A program made the position numbers and the translations under genes. 64,000 nucleotides of DNA from Candidatus Hydrogenedentota bacterium (lineage in GTDB: Bacteria; Hydrogenedentota; Hydrogenedentia; Hydrogenedentales; JAEUWI01): assembly GCA_034669905.1 (NCBI GenBank), contig JAXMOL010000019.1, positions 71,158-135,157 on the forward strand, written 5' to 3'. Shown here piece by piece: positions 1-10,573 of the stretch (positions within the stretch are counted from its first letter, which is position 1; every line of letters starts with the position of its first letter). Under the pieces are notes generated by a model. The model was not told the DNA's origin. It saw nothing but the letters and a program-made list of their open reading frames with translations, and did no database searches.

Positions 1-1
1 G

Positions 2-298
2 AAACCCGCGGAAGTCATTCACAATCTCGTGCGTGCGGCCCAACCGTGGCCGATTGCCCATTGCCATATGAATGGCGAGGTATACCGCATCCACGCAACC
101 GAAAGAATCGAGGGCAATGCCATGGCCGAACCCGGCACGGTAGAGCACGTAATGAAAGACCGGCTGGTCGTGGCCACGGGCGATGGTCGCCTCGCGATCA
201 CCCAGATCCAGGCCCCCGGCAAGCGAATGATGGATGTAGGCGACTTTCTCCGCGGACACCGGCTCGAGCCGGGCGTCCAGTTTACGGATATCAGCTGA
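2..298 (+). CDS. fmt: Methionyl-tRNA formyltransferase, C-terminal part (5' truncated by window edge)
   Basis: Frame reads IHNLVRAAQPWP...LVVATGDGRLAITQIQAPGKRMM, typical of the Fmt C-terminal domain; sits directly before rsmB. Confidence 0.9.
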   Translation, partial: KPAEVIHNLVRAAQPWPIAHCHMNGEVYRIHATERIEGNAMAEPGTVEHVMKDRLVVATGDGRLAITQIQAPGKRMMDVGDFLRGHRLEPGVQFTDIS

Positions 299-1629
299 TG
301 GCCGCCGAACCCGTACGCGATGCGGCCATCGATGTGTTGTTGCGTGTCATTGAGCGCGATGTTTTTCTGGATGTTTCGCTGGACAAGACGCTCCGCCGAA
401 AGAACTTCTCCGATCGGGGCCGTCGATTTCTGGGCATGCTCGTCTATGGAACGATTCGCCACCGCATCCTGTGTGACTACGTCCTCCAGAAACATTGCCA
501 TCAGCCCCTGGACAAACTGCCGACGGTCTTGCTGGTCATCTTGCGCATGGCGGTGTTTCAGGCCCTTTTCTGCGATCAGGTTACGACCCCGGCGATGGTT
601 CATACCTCGGTGGATCTGGCCAAGAAACGCACCCACGCCGGGCTTGCCCGCATGGTCAATGCCGTACTGCGAAAAGTTCCCGAGCGTCTCGAAGACATCG
701 TCCTTCCCAGCGAAGAGGATGAGCTGTTCAAGTTCCTGAAGATTCGCTATTCCATGCCCAAATGGCTTATCCGGAAATGGGCGGAGCAGTTTGACGAAGA
801 AACCGCTCGGCGCCTGTGCGAAACCTCCAACGAGGCGGCGGACTCCATCCTCCGTGTAAACACCTTGAAGACGACCGTTGCCGAATTGACACAACGCCTC
901 GAGAAATCGGGTTGTGTCGTAGAGGACGACGTGATGCTGCCCAATGCCCTGCGCATGGTCCAGGGAGGCGCCCTCCCCCGAAGCAAGTGGTTCCAACAGG
1001 GACATTTCTTTCTGCAGGACACGGCTTCCATGCTTCCCGGCCTTCTCCTGGAACCCCAGGCAGGGGAACGGGTATTAGACCTGTGTGCTGCGCCAGGCGG
1101 CAAGGCGACCCATATGGCCGAGTTATCGGATGGGAAAGCCACGATCGTCGCCATGGATTCGAGTCGACGACGCCTCTGGAAGGTCCAGGAAAATGTGGAG
1201 CGACTGGAATGTCCCGGCGTTCACATCGTTTGTGGAAACGGGCTGAACGCGCCATTCGCGGGCGGATTCGACCGGATATTGGTCGATGCGCCATGCTCGG
1301 GACTCGGTACGCTTCGGCGCCATCCCGATTTGAAGTGGCGTATGACCCAGGCATCGGTCGAAGAATTGGCTGAAACTCAACGGGACTTATTGCGTTCCGC
1401 TATTGCGCTTTGTAAAAATAACGGGGTAGTCGTCTATTCCGTTTGCACCTTCACCCCCGAAGAAACCACCGCCGTGGTGGAATCTATTCTATCGGAGGGT
1501 CAGGTGGTGCTGGAAACAGGTCAGGAGTGTTTAGAAACGTGGAAAACGGCCGAGGGAATGTATCAGAGCCTCCCGTCCGACGGGGCGTGGGACGGATTTT
1601 TCTTGACGCGATTTCGGAAACAATCCTGA
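298..1629 (+). CDS. rsmB: 16S rRNA m5C967 methyltransferase RsmB/Sun
   Basis: NusB-like N-terminus, DLCAAPGGK, ILVDAPCSGLG, YSVCT; ATG overlaps the fmt stop (TGATG). Confidence 0.95.
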   Translation: MAAEPVRDAAIDVLLRVIERDVFLDVSLDKTLRRKNFSDRGRRFLGMLVYGTIRHRILCDYVLQKHCHQPLDKLPTVLLVILRMAVFQALFCDQVTTPAMVHTSVDLAKKRTHAGLARMVNAVLRKVPERLEDIVLPSEEDELFKFLKIRYSMPKWLIRKWAEQFDEETARRLCETSNEAADSILRVNTLKTTVAELTQRLEKSGCVVEDDVMLPNALRMVQGGALPRSKWFQQGHFFLQDTASMLPGLLLEPQAGERVLDLCAAPGGKATHMAELSDGKATIVAMDSSRRRLWKVQENVERLECPGVHIVCGNGLNAPFAGGFDRILVDAPCSGLGTLRRHPDLKWRMTQASVEELAETQRDLLRSAIALCKNNGVVVYSVCTFTPEETTAVVESILSEGQVVLETGQECLETWKTAEGMYQSLPSDGAWDGFFLTRFRKQS

Positions 1630-2672
1630 ACTTCGTCTTTTTTATCCTGAAATTCATCTCCTGGGGTATTCAGTGGTCGGCCGCCCTCGCTGTATTTCTC
1701 GTGGTCATGGCGGCCTCGGGCTACTACGTGTATGTGAAGGCCCTGGCTGGGGGCGAGCCGGTTCAGGTGCCGGATATCGTGAATCTTCCCCTGGAAGAGG
1801 CGGCGGTGCGCCTGGCCGAGCGGGGCCTGGAAATGGGTCGGCATCAGCCGGTCCCCCATGATACGGCGCCCAAGTATCAGATTATCAGCCAACGTCCGGC
1901 CAGTGGCCGGGTGGTACGCACGGGGCGCAAGGTATACCCCACGGTCAGCATGGGCCCGGATTTTCTGACGGCTCCGACGCTGGAAAAGCGCTCTCTGGAA
2001 GATGCCCGGTCCGAGTTGGCCAACTCCCGTTTTCGTATCGGAAGCGTGGCCCGGATCCCCCACGCCAGCCCCCGTAACACCGTCATTGCGCAGGACCCGC
2101 CCCCCGGCCAGAACATGCCGGTACAGGGGAGTGTTCACCTGCTGGTCAGCGAGGGCGACGCCCAATACAAGGATTACATGCCCGACCTGCTCGGAAAGTC
2201 GGTGCTGGAAATTGAGAAGATTCTGGCCCCCTATGACGTGACTATCGTGCCGGAAATCGCGACCAACCTGCCCAATGCCCGGGAAGATACGGTACTGGAG
2301 CAGAATCCGCTTCCGGCATCCATGATATTCGACGGCCAGGTGGTCACCTACAAGGTGAAGCCGTCGGGAAGCATCGTGCTGCCCGACACGCGCCACACGG
2401 GTACCGTCCGTTACGTCATGCCCTATGACTGGTATGACCGCGATGTTCGCATTGACCAGATCGACCAGCTGGGCGTTCGCGAAACAATCGGCAGCTACCC
2501 TGCGGCCTTCGATGAAGGTGCCAAGGCAAGCCGGGTCAAAGGTGCCACGCTCAAGATTCCCGTGACCTACATTGGCGCCTGTACCGTCGAAATCTATATC
2601 GATAATGGCCGCATTGCGGCGTATCAACTCAGCAATGGCGAAGCGCCCACCAGCACAACCCAGACGCTGTAG
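1587..2672 (+). CDS. Membrane-anchored PASTA-domain protein without kinase domain (start uncertain)
   Basis: N-terminal TM helix then three PASTA-like repeats (VPDIVNL..IISQRPASG, VIAQDPPPG, MPDLLGK..VLEQNP). Confidence 0.85.
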   Translation: MGRIFLDAISETILNFVFFILKFISWGIQWSAALAVFLVVMAASGYYVYVKALAGGEPVQVPDIVNLPLEEAAVRLAERGLEMGRHQPVPHDTAPKYQIISQRPASGRVVRTGRKVYPTVSMGPDFLTAPTLEKRSLEDARSELANSRFRIGSVARIPHASPRNTVIAQDPPPGQNMPVQGSVHLLVSEGDAQYKDYMPDLLGKSVLEIEKILAPYDVTIVPEIATNLPNAREDTVLEQNPLPASMIFDGQVVTYKVKPSGSIVLPDTRHTGTVRYVMPYDWYDRDVRIDQIDQLGVRETIGSYPAAFDEGAKASRVKGATLKIPVTYIGACTVEIYIDNGRIAAYQLSNGEAPTSTTQTL

Positions 2673-2687
2673 TCGAAAGGTTTTATA

Positions 2688-3332
2688 GTGCCCCCCATTA
2701 AAATTGCCCCGTCTATCCTTGCCAGTGATTTCAGCCGCCTTGGAGAAGAAGTCACTTCCGTCATCAATGCCGGTGCCGACATGATCCATCTTGATGTCAT
2801 GGACGGCCACTTTGCACCAAACCTTACGATGGGGCCCGCCGTGGTGTCATCCCTGCGCCGTCATTGCACGGTGCCGATGGACGTGCACCTCATGATCTCG
2901 GATCCCATGGCCTACGTGGCAGATTTCGCCCACGCCGGGGCCGACATGATTACCTTTCATGTGGAAGCCACTGACCACCCCCTCCGGATCATCGACACCA
3001 TCAAGGAGCTGGGCTGCCAGGCGGGCATCGTGCTGAATCCGGGCACCCCGGAAGAAGACATCGAGTTCATCACCGAATACATCGACATGGTGCTCATCAT
3101 GACGGTGAACCCGGGCTTTGGTGGCCAGAAATTTATTCCGGATATGCTGCGCAAGATTCAAAATGTGCGGGCCATGATGGAAGATCGTGATGTGGAAGTG
3201 GATGGCGGAATCGACGTCAGTACGGCACCAGCCGTCATCGAAGCCGGTGCCAACGTGCTGGTGGCCGGCTCCTATGTATTTGGCCACGAATCCTACCTGA
3301 CGGCCATCGAATCCCTCCGCCCGGCAAAATAA
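2688..3332 (+). CDS. rpe: Ribulose-phosphate 3-epimerase
   Basis: IAPSIL, HLDVMDGHF, DVHLM, MTVNPGFGGQ, VDGGI. Confidence 0.97.
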   Translation: MPPIKIAPSILASDFSRLGEEVTSVINAGADMIHLDVMDGHFAPNLTMGPAVVSSLRRHCTVPMDVHLMISDPMAYVADFAHAGADMITFHVEATDHPLRIIDTIKELGCQAGIVLNPGTPEEDIEFITEYIDMVLIMTVNPGFGGQKFIPDMLRKIQNVRAMMEDRDVEVDGGIDVSTAPAVIEAGANVLVAGSYVFGHESYLTAIESLRPAK

Positions 3333-3350
3333 CCGGGCCAAGGCCTTGGC

Positions 3351-4541
3351 CTATTGGGCCTGTGCGGCGGAAGCGGGGACCTCATGGAGACCCTTCCAGC
3401 GGGCCACCCCTTCTTCGATGGATAGATACCATCCCCGGCTGGGTACGGCTTCCGAGACGATGAGCGGGGTCTTGCTCAGTTCGGTCCCATTTAATGAGAC
3501 GGAAAGCTCTCCGATTACCGTGGCCTTTTGCAGGGGGGCCTGTAGGGAAGGCGGATGATGGGCGGCGATATCCAGCGAGGCCAACAATTGGCGGGGCAGG
3601 TTGACCGTGACATCCCCGGCGGGGCTCACCGCAATCGAATCTGACCGTCCCCGGGTCACCGGCACCGACACCCCGATGGCATCCCCCTTCGCCAGGAGGC
3701 GGACTTCCGCGTAATCGTCAAAGTACTGGTTCATGGTGTCTTCGGCCAGCTGGAAGCGACCGTACTTGCTTTGGGAGCCCATAACGATGCAGATGAGACG
3801 GCGCCCGTTTCGCTTGGCCGAGGCCGCAATACAGAAGCCGGCCGCACGAATATATCCGGTCTTGAGTCCGTCGCAGTCCTCCATACGCCACAGGAGTTTG
3901 TTGGTGTTGAACTTGATGGAATCTTCCGGGCGGAACTGAAACTCTTTTTGTCCTACCAAATCCATGATGGCAGGCTTGTCGACACACGCCCGGGCCAGAA
4001 TCGCCATGTCCACCGCCGTAGTCTGGTCAAAGGGATCCCCCTTATCGGGTGGCAAGCCGTGTACACCGTTGATGATGGTGTCCTTCATACCCAGTGACTT
4101 CGCCCGGGCATTGGCGACCTTGAGGTAGGCATCTTCGCTACCCCACAGGCCCTCTGCGATGGCCATGGCCGCATCGTTGGCGGAGGCGATGGTAACCGCA
4201 TCGAGCAGGTGATCCAGGGGCCAGGTCTCGCCTGCATTCAGATATACCTGGGTCCCCCCCATGCTTTCGGCGAGCGGAGAAACGCTGATGGGCGTTTCCG
4301 TGTGCCAGTCACCGCGTTCGTAGCCTTCCACGACCAGCAACATGAGCATGAGCTTAATCATGCTGGCCGGTGGACGCTTCACGTCGCCATATTCATTGTG
4401 GAGAATAAGCCCCCGCTCGGCCTCCATACACAAAACACTCACCGGCGGCTCGGACCCGGCGACCGCCCGGGCACACATAAGACTTACGACGAGAAACGAC
4501 ACCAACGGGGTGCCAGTCCAATTCCATTTCATAGGGTACAC
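3351..4541 (-). CDS. D-alanyl-D-alanine carboxypeptidase (peptidase S11)
   Basis: Signal peptide, SxxK (ASMIK), SAN, KTG motifs, PBP5_C-like tail; alternative ATG start at 4532. Confidence 0.92.
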   Translation of the reverse strand: MYPMKWNWTGTPLVSFLVVSLMCARAVAGSEPPVSVLCMEAERGLILHNEYGDVKRPPASMIKLMLMLLVVEGYERGDWHTETPISVSPLAESMGGTQVYLNAGETWPLDHLLDAVTIASANDAAMAIAEGLWGSEDAYLKVANARAKSLGMKDTIINGVHGLPPDKGDPFDQTTAVDMAILARACVDKPAIMDLVGQKEFQFRPEDSIKFNTNKLLWRMEDCDGLKTGYIRAAGFCIAASAKRNGRRLICIVMGSQSKYGRFQLAEDTMNQYFDDYAEVRLLAKGDAIGVSVPVTRGRSDSIAVSPAGDVTVNLPRQLLASLDIAAHHPPSLQAPLQKATVIGELSVSLNGTELSKTPLIVSEAVPSRGWYLSIEEGVARWKGLHEVPASAAQAQ

Positions 4542-4572
4542 TCACTTATCCAGGAAAAGTCCCGGCGACAGT

Positions 4573-7344
4573 TTAAACAGGTACGGGTTCTTTGGGAACG
4601 TGGCTCTTCACCAGCTTGACCAGCTCATCGATATGGAACGGCTTGCGAAGGGTGCCCGCGAACCAACTCGGTACGGAGTCACGGCTGGGAAACCCCGACA
4701 TGGCGTAGATGGCGAGACTGGCGTTTTCCCCATGCGCTTTCAGCCAATCCAGACGTTCAAAGGTTTCCACCCCCGGCACGTCCACATCAACCAACACCAC
4801 ATGGGGCAGATCCTCTTCGATAAGCTCTTGGGCCTGCTCCGGTGTCGCCGCGCAATAGGTCAACACCTGGCGATGACTCATGGCCGTTTCGACCCACTCC
4901 AGCAGGCCCGGGTCGGAATCCACCACGAGGAGCCGTGCCTGCCATCCGGGGTTGGTCGTTCCTTCGGAGGGGGTTGTCGGCTCGAAGGCCTGCTCAGAAT
5001 GATTGCACACACGGTCCAATGCGGTCGCGAGATCCTGGGCTGTAAAGGGTTTGTTGACAAACATGATGTCTCCCCAAAGCCGATCCGCCTCTTTCAATTG
5101 CTCTGCCGACTCGCCTGAAAAGGCGATGATGGGTATGGTATCGGTGGCGAGATTCTGACGCAATAGGGCGAGGGTGTTCAGCCCGGCGAGATCGTTCATG
5201 GTGTCGTTCAGGAGAATCAAATCGGGGTGGTGTTGTTCCACTTCCCGAACACATTCATACCCGTTGGCGGCGTAACGACAATTCAGCCCCAATGGAGTCA
5301 GCACGGTATCAATCGCTGCGGGGAAGGCCTCTCCCTCGTCGACGACGAGTAACTCTTTCACCTCCAGGGGCCCCACACTCTCCCGCTCCCACCGTTCATC
5401 AAACACGGCGTCGGGCAGATTGATGGTGAAGGTCGTGCCTTTTCCCTCTTCACTGTCCAAGGTAATGAAACCACCGTGTGCTTCGACAATGCTCTTGGCG
5501 ATGGAGAGTCCGATACCTGTGCCTTCGTAGCGCCGGGTTTTCGAGCTGTCGGCCTGGAAGAACTTTTCGAATACCTTCTGACGATGTTCTTCCCGGATGC
5601 CGATCCCGGTGTCGGATACCGAGAGCGTAAATACGCGATCGGGTGTGGTCGTCGCCCGCACTTCGATGCGACCACCTTCCGGTGTGAACTTGAGCGCGTT
5701 GTTCAGCAGGATGCCCAGCACCTGCCCCAGCTTCTCCCGGTCACACCAGGTGGGCACAATGCCGTCTGCGACGACAGCCACCAGCTCAATCTCCCGTGCA
5801 AGGGCATCCGGATGAAAGGAGGAAACGGCCTCCTCTACCATGTAGGCGGGTGAAAAGAGCCGCCGCGACAGGCGCACGCCCCGAATCTCCATCCGACTGA
5901 ACTCGATAATTTCATTGAGATGGCCAATCAGCCGCTTTACGTTGCGGTCCATGACCCGAATGGCGGCACTCTGCGGGCCCGCCATCTCACCGAGGCTGCC
6001 CGATTCCAGCATTTCCACATAGCCCTGAATGGTGCTCAGGGGGGTCCGCAGCTCGTGGCTCACGTTGGAGAGGAAGCTGTCCTTCGCTCGGTCATGCATC
6101 AACAGCTCTTCGTTGAGGAGCTCCAACTCGTGGGCGCGCTGCTCCAACTGATGCTGCATCTGCTTCAGTTCGCGTACGCTGGTGACCACCAGGGAGTGGC
6201 CCGGCAAGTCGTCTCCGGTGCGCTGCAAAAAGGTCACGGCAACCACGACGGGTAACAGCTCTCCCTGGGCATCGAGAAAATTCAACTCAAGGCGGGCCTC
6301 GTGGATGGGCAAGACTTCACGGCGTACCAATAGATTCAGCAGTCGGACGCGGCCCACGCCATCTACCAGATCCAGCACATTCTTCCCGATGAGGGTTTCA
6401 TTGTCCAAATCAATCAGGTCACAAAACCGCTCATTGACGAACTGAATGCGGTTATTACCATCAACCGTGAGGAACCCTTCGTTCATGGAGAGAAGCAGTG
6501 CCCGCAGCCCTTCTTCCGAATTCTGGAGCCGCTGGGTCTGTTCCTCCACCAGTGTCTGGAGCCCTTCGGCATAGCGCTCGACCCGTTTCGCAAGGCGCCG
6601 CTGCTCGGTGGTTTCCCGCACGGTAGCCATGTTGGCATAGTGGCGCCCGAAACGGTTGAGCAAGGGAGTGCCACTGAACCAGAAGTAACGCTCTTCCCCA
6701 TCGACGCTCCAGCACACCTCGTACTCCGAGGCGATCTGGCTCGCGCGGGCTTTCAGTTGCTCGGTCACCGGGTGGAGTTCAAAGCGGGCGGCGAGGTTGG
6801 TCACATCGGCCCCCAGCACTTCGGCCTCGGCCACACCAAACATCTCGAGAAGCCGCTTATTGGCCATCAGCACGTGGCCGTCCACGTGGCTGAGGATAAA
6901 CCCCTCGTGCATGTGGTTGGCCAGATACATAAAGCGCTCCGCGACCTCTTCCACATCCTCGCTGGTCCTCACGACCATATACAACACAACGACCAGGCCC
7001 AGCATGAGACTGCCGATGCCCACGGTCCGCGAAAACTGGGTGACCGAGTCGGCCACGAGATCACTTTCGGTCATCATGCCCGTGATCCCCGAAACGCTCA
7101 GTCCGGCCCCCAGGAGGAGAAGGAGGACACCGAGAAGGAGGAGGAATCGTTCGACGAGACTAATCTGAAAGCGGGCCAGCAGATTACCGTAGGAAAGGAG
7201 CGGAACGGCCACGGAGAGTAGAATCACGGTGGCACGCCACGGATAGCTCTCCAATTGGTGCGAGAGCTGGACGCCCCCCAGGCCCATCAGGATGGGGATG
7301 AGGTACAGTACGAGACGTTTTCTTGGGTAGCGACTCTTCAGCAT
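4573..7344 (-). CDS. Hybrid sensor histidine kinase (TM, 2 PAS, HisKA, HATPase, 2 receiver domains)
   Basis: SHELRTPL, NALKFT, DTGIGI, GTGIGLSI boxes; two C-terminal REC-like domains. Confidence 0.93.
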   Translation of the reverse strand: MLKSRYPRKRLVLYLIPILMGLGGVQLSHQLESYPWRATVILLSVAVPLLSYGNLLARFQISLVERFLLLLGVLLLLLGAGLSVSGITGMMTESDLVADSVTQFSRTVGIGSLMLGLVVVLYMVVRTSEDVEEVAERFMYLANHMHEGFILSHVDGHVLMANKRLLEMFGVAEAEVLGADVTNLAARFELHPVTEQLKARASQIASEYEVCWSVDGEERYFWFSGTPLLNRFGRHYANMATVRETTEQRRLAKRVERYAEGLQTLVEEQTQRLQNSEEGLRALLLSMNEGFLTVDGNNRIQFVNERFCDLIDLDNETLIGKNVLDLVDGVGRVRLLNLLVRREVLPIHEARLELNFLDAQGELLPVVVAVTFLQRTGDDLPGHSLVVTSVRELKQMQHQLEQRAHELELLNEELLMHDRAKDSFLSNVSHELRTPLSTIQGYVEMLESGSLGEMAGPQSAAIRVMDRNVKRLIGHLNEIIEFSRMEIRGVRLSRRLFSPAYMVEEAVSSFHPDALAREIELVAVVADGIVPTWCDREKLGQVLGILLNNALKFTPEGGRIEVRATTTPDRVFTLSVSDTGIGIREEHRQKVFEKFFQADSSKTRRYEGTGIGLSIAKSIVEAHGGFITLDSEEGKGTTFTINLPDAVFDERWERESVGPLEVKELLVVDEGEAFPAAIDTVLTPLGLNCRYAANGYECVREVEQHHPDLILLNDTMNDLAGLNTLALLRQNLATDTIPIIAFSGESAEQLKEADRLWGDIMFVNKPFTAQDLATALDRVCNHSEQAFEPTTPSEGTTNPGWQARLLVVDSDPGLLEWVETAMSHRQVLTYCAATPEQAQELIEEDLPHVVLVDVDVPGVETFERLDWLKAHGENASLAIYAMSGFPSRDSVPSWFAGTLRKPFHIDELVKLVKSHVPKEPVPV

Positions 7345-7353
7345 AGTACTCGT

Positions 7354-7824
7354 TTACGTAGATCGGCTAGAACGAATCGATTGCTTTTCACGGGCAATGG
7401 CTTCGCTAGCTAGCGTATCACAGCGCTCATTGTAATGCACACCTGCGTGCCCCTTAACCCATTGCCACGAAATGTCATGACGCTGGGTGGCTTCATCCAG
7501 CGCTTTCCAGAGATCCACGTTCTTGATGGGACCGCCCTTCCGTTTCCAGTTGCGGCGCTTCCAACCGGGCAACCACTCCGTAATCCCCCGTTTCACGTAC
7601 TCGGAGTCGGTAATGAGTTGCACGTTACACGGCCGCTTCAGGGCTTCGAGGCCCGATATGGCGGCGGTCATTTCCATACGGTTGTTGGTCGTCTCCGGGT
7701 CACTCCCCGAAAGCTCCCGCTCTTTCCCGTTGTAAATCAGGATGGCGGCCCAACCGCCGACTCCGGGATTGGGCTCGCAGCCCCCGTCGGTATAAATAAT
7801 TACGGTGTCGTTTTCCTGGGACAC
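7354..7824 (-). CDS. rnhA: Ribonuclease HI
   Basis: [42 protein letters not shown] start after GGAG. Confidence 0.95.
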   Translation of the reverse strand: MSQENDTVIIYTDGGCEPNPGVGGWAAILIYNGKERELSGSDPETTNNRMEMTAAISGLEALKRPCNVQLITDSEYVKRGITEWLPGWKRRNWKRKGGPIKNVDLWKALDEATQRHDISWQWVKGHAGVHYNERCDTLASEAIAREKQSIRSSRST

Positions 7825-8780
7825 AGATCTTGCTCCATCTTTTCCATACCCCGTGGGGTTTCGCGTTTTGTGATTGAATGACCACGGGCGGCCTTGCGGC
7901 GATCCCAGATAACGACGCCGTAGAGTCCCGATAGAATCAGCACCATCGCCGCCACCACATTCCAGGTCAGGGGCTCGCCGAGCACCAGCATGGCCAGCAC
8001 CGCGGCCATCGGCGGTTTCAGTAAGATTACACTCATCGCCTGGGTGGCGTCGATACGCTCCAGCCCCATGAAATAGACCCAATAGGCGATGCCAGTAGTT
8101 CCGATAGAGAGATACAGCACGCGCCCGGGATGTTGGAGCAAGGGTGTCACGTCGAACCCGCCCCCTTCCCAGAGCATGAGGGGCGTCATGAAAGCCACGC
8201 CAAAAACAAAGGAAAGGGCTGTAATGGGCAGGCCACCGAAGGGCCCGGCATACTTTTTGACCAGCACCGCCCAGAGACAGAAAGAACCCACGCTGATCAG
8301 GGCACATCCCACGCCCGGAAGTGAAAAGGTGGCCGACGGCTTCCCGGAAGCCAGCAGGACAATTCCGATAAAACCGCTGGCGAGACCGATGATGCGGGGC
8401 GTCGTCATCAGGTCACCCAGGAGCACCCGGGACATGGCCATGACGAAGAGGGGTGCCGCGCCGTAGACCGTGGCAATGACGGCAGCCCCGCTCAGCGTAA
8501 GTCCGTATTGGAGCGCAATACTCGAAACGGCAATTCCGGGTAAGGAAGACCACGCGGCAAATCGAATAATCGCCCCATTCAGACGCAAACCCCGGCGCCG
8601 AAGTTCAAAGGGCAAGAGGGCAACCAGAAATACGGCACCGAGCATGAACCGGACCCAGGCAAACTGAATGGGCGGGATCGCTGCATGAAGGGTACGCACG
8701 GCCACTTCCACGGTGCTCCAGAGCCCAATGGCTACCAGAAGGAAGAGAAAGCCGAGCCGTTCATTCTTGGTCGTATTCAT
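7800..8780 (-). CDS. DMT/EamA-family transporter
   Basis: About ten hydrophobic helices, P..V...LLGD / LVLGEPL repeats; ATG at 8780. Confidence 0.88.
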   Translation of the reverse strand: MNTTKNERLGFLFLLVAIGLWSTVEVAVRTLHAAIPPIQFAWVRFMLGAVFLVALLPFELRRRGLRLNGAIIRFAAWSSLPGIAVSSIALQYGLTLSGAAVIATVYGAAPLFVMAMSRVLLGDLMTTPRIIGLASGFIGIVLLASGKPSATFSLPGVGCALISVGSFCLWAVLVKKYAGPFGGLPITALSFVFGVAFMTPLMLWEGGGFDVTPLLQHPGRVLYLSIGTTGIAYWVYFMGLERIDATQAMSVILLKPPMAAVLAMLVLGEPLTWNVVAAMVLILSGLYGVVIWDRRKAARGHSITKRETPRGMEKMEQDLCPRKTTP

Positions 8781-8988
8781 GGTGCGTCTTGGGGTATCCA
8801 GGTAGGGATGGAAAGAATGGGAGGAATGGCGGGCACAAGGACAACCCGTCTGGCGGTCGACCTGAGAGCAGGGCATCGCCAGATGGGCACATTGTAGTGG
8901 CGTGACCTTGGGGGATGCAAGCCGAGTCCCGATTTCACGGGATTACGCCCCGCAAACCCGGCATGGCCCCGACCTGGTGCCGCACCGA

Positions 8989-9540
8989 CTATTGACCGAG
9001 GAGTGACTCAATGTGTTCCGCGGCCTTTTGCTGGCGGTATTTCTGCGCAAGCTCCAGTGGCGTCTTCCCCGCCTCGTTTGTCTCCGTCAGGGGATCACCC
9101 GCACGGTGGAGTGCGGTCAGCACACGGGTTCGCCCACCCATCGCGGCGGTATGGCTCGGCCGATCACCGAATACGTCGCGCTTCTCCATGTCTGCGCCAT
9201 GGGCGAGGAGCCACAAGGTCGACTTCTTTCCCATCAGGGCCGCCACATGCAGGGGCGTCATGCCGGTCTTGTCTGCGGCATTGACGTCGGCCCCGGCAGC
9301 GAGCAACAACTCCAGGGCGGCCTCCTGATTGTAATAGACCGCGTAATGCATCGGTTGCTTACCCAACTCGTTCTCGGCGTGCACGAGTTCGGGGTTGTGG
9401 TCTAACTGTTGCTTGAGGGTCTCGATATCCCCCCGCCCGATCAGATCATGGGGCGACGGCGTGCAGCCTGTGGTCGCGGACAGGGCAAGAAGCGCCAGGC
9501 CAAGCAGGGGCAGCGTGAAAGTCCGGATACGATACATCAT
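8989..9540 (-). CDS. Ankyrin-repeat lipoprotein
   Basis: Signal peptide ending TTGC; repeats GMTPLHVAA, GADVNAAD, GKTPLELA. Confidence 0.88.
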   Translation of the reverse strand: MMYRIRTFTLPLLGLALLALSATTGCTPSPHDLIGRGDIETLKQQLDHNPELVHAENELGKQPMHYAVYYNQEAALELLLAAGADVNAADKTGMTPLHVAALMGKKSTLWLLAHGADMEKRDVFGDRPSHTAAMGGRTRVLTALHRAGDPLTETNEAGKTPLELAQKYRQQKAAEHIESLLGQ

Positions 9541-10556
9541 GGGCCCGATTTCACCCGCGGTTTCGCTTTCACATCACTGGGTTTTTCCAGCCATTCGCCG
9601 CCGCCTTCGAGGTTGTCGGCGGTAAAGTACCGTGAAGGCAGAACGATTTCGCGGGGCACTTCCTTCCCTTCCAGCACTTCCAGCGCCGTCGCGATGGCCT
9701 GGGCCCCGCCCGTGGGGTATTCGAAGCACACATCCAGGACGCCCTCGCGCACCATGACCTGGCCCTCCTGGGGTAGTCCATCAATACCGACGAAAATAAT
9801 ATCTTTTTCGCGTCCTGCGGCCCGTGCCGCCAGGTAGGCACCCTGGGCAGCCGGGTCGTTGTGCCCGTACACCAAATCTATCTGCTCAAAACGGGCCAAC
9901 GCCGACTCCATCTCCTCCCGGGCCTTCGGCCCAAGCCACTCCATGTCCGCCTCAAAAATAACTTCCAGGTCACTCTCCGCGATACCGGCGCGGAAGCCGG
10001 CGTTTCTATCCTGACCCGGCACGCTGGTCATGAGCCCCTTCAGTTCCACCACCTTGCCCTGTCCGTCCAACTTCAGCGCAGCCCAACGGCCGGCCGCTTC
10101 TCCGATCAGCTTATTGTCGGCGCCGATGAACTGGGTAAAGGCCTCCCCAAAGACCGCGCGATCCAGAACGATGACCGGAATGCCTGCTTCGTAGGCCTTT
10201 TTGAGGGGATCGGTCAGGGGGGCCGCTTCCTTGGGGCTGCAAATCAACACATCCACCCCTTGGTTGACAAACTCTTCGACATGGGCCCGCTGGGTCAGGG
10301 TGTCGTTGCCCGCGTCCTTAAACAAGACCTTAAGGTGTGGATGGAGCGCCGCGGCGGCTTTGATATCCGCATTCATTTGAACGCGCCAGGGCTCCCCGAG
10401 ATTGCACTGGCTCATGCCGATGACAAATGTCTCCGTCTCTCCCACACCGGATGGCTGGCCTTCCTCACGGGCGGGTTGCTCCCCACCACCACAGGCGGTC
10501 AGCAGGGTGACCAGGGCCACCAGCAAGGCACTTCTTCTCCCGAATTTCCACATCAT
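9537..10556 (-). CDS. Sugar ABC transporter substrate-binding lipoprotein (RbsB-like)
   Basis: Lipobox LTAC; GIPVIVLDR, IGADN, YGHND, VGIDG. Confidence 0.92.
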   Translation of the reverse strand: MMWKFGRRSALLVALVTLLTACGGGEQPAREEGQPSGVGETETFVIGMSQCNLGEPWRVQMNADIKAAAALHPHLKVLFKDAGNDTLTQRAHVEEFVNQGVDVLICSPKEAAPLTDPLKKAYEAGIPVIVLDRAVFGEAFTQFIGADNKLIGEAAGRWAALKLDGQGKVVELKGLMTSVPGQDRNAGFRAGIAESDLEVIFEADMEWLGPKAREEMESALARFEQIDLVYGHNDPAAQGAYLAARAAGREKDIIFVGIDGLPQEGQVMVREGVLDVCFEYPTGGAQAIATALEVLEGKEVPREIVLPSRYFTADNLEGGGEWLEKPSDVKAKPRVKSGP

Positions 10557-10573
10557 TTCACGCTCCCGACGTA

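Noticed and set aside
46..297. Long N-terminal extension of the rsmB ORF
   Set aside because: It overlaps fmt in another frame; the real start is the coupled ATG at 298
7825..8307. Extension of the rnhA ORF
   Set aside because: Lies inside the DMT gene; a GTG with RBS at 7824 gives a normal-length RNase HI
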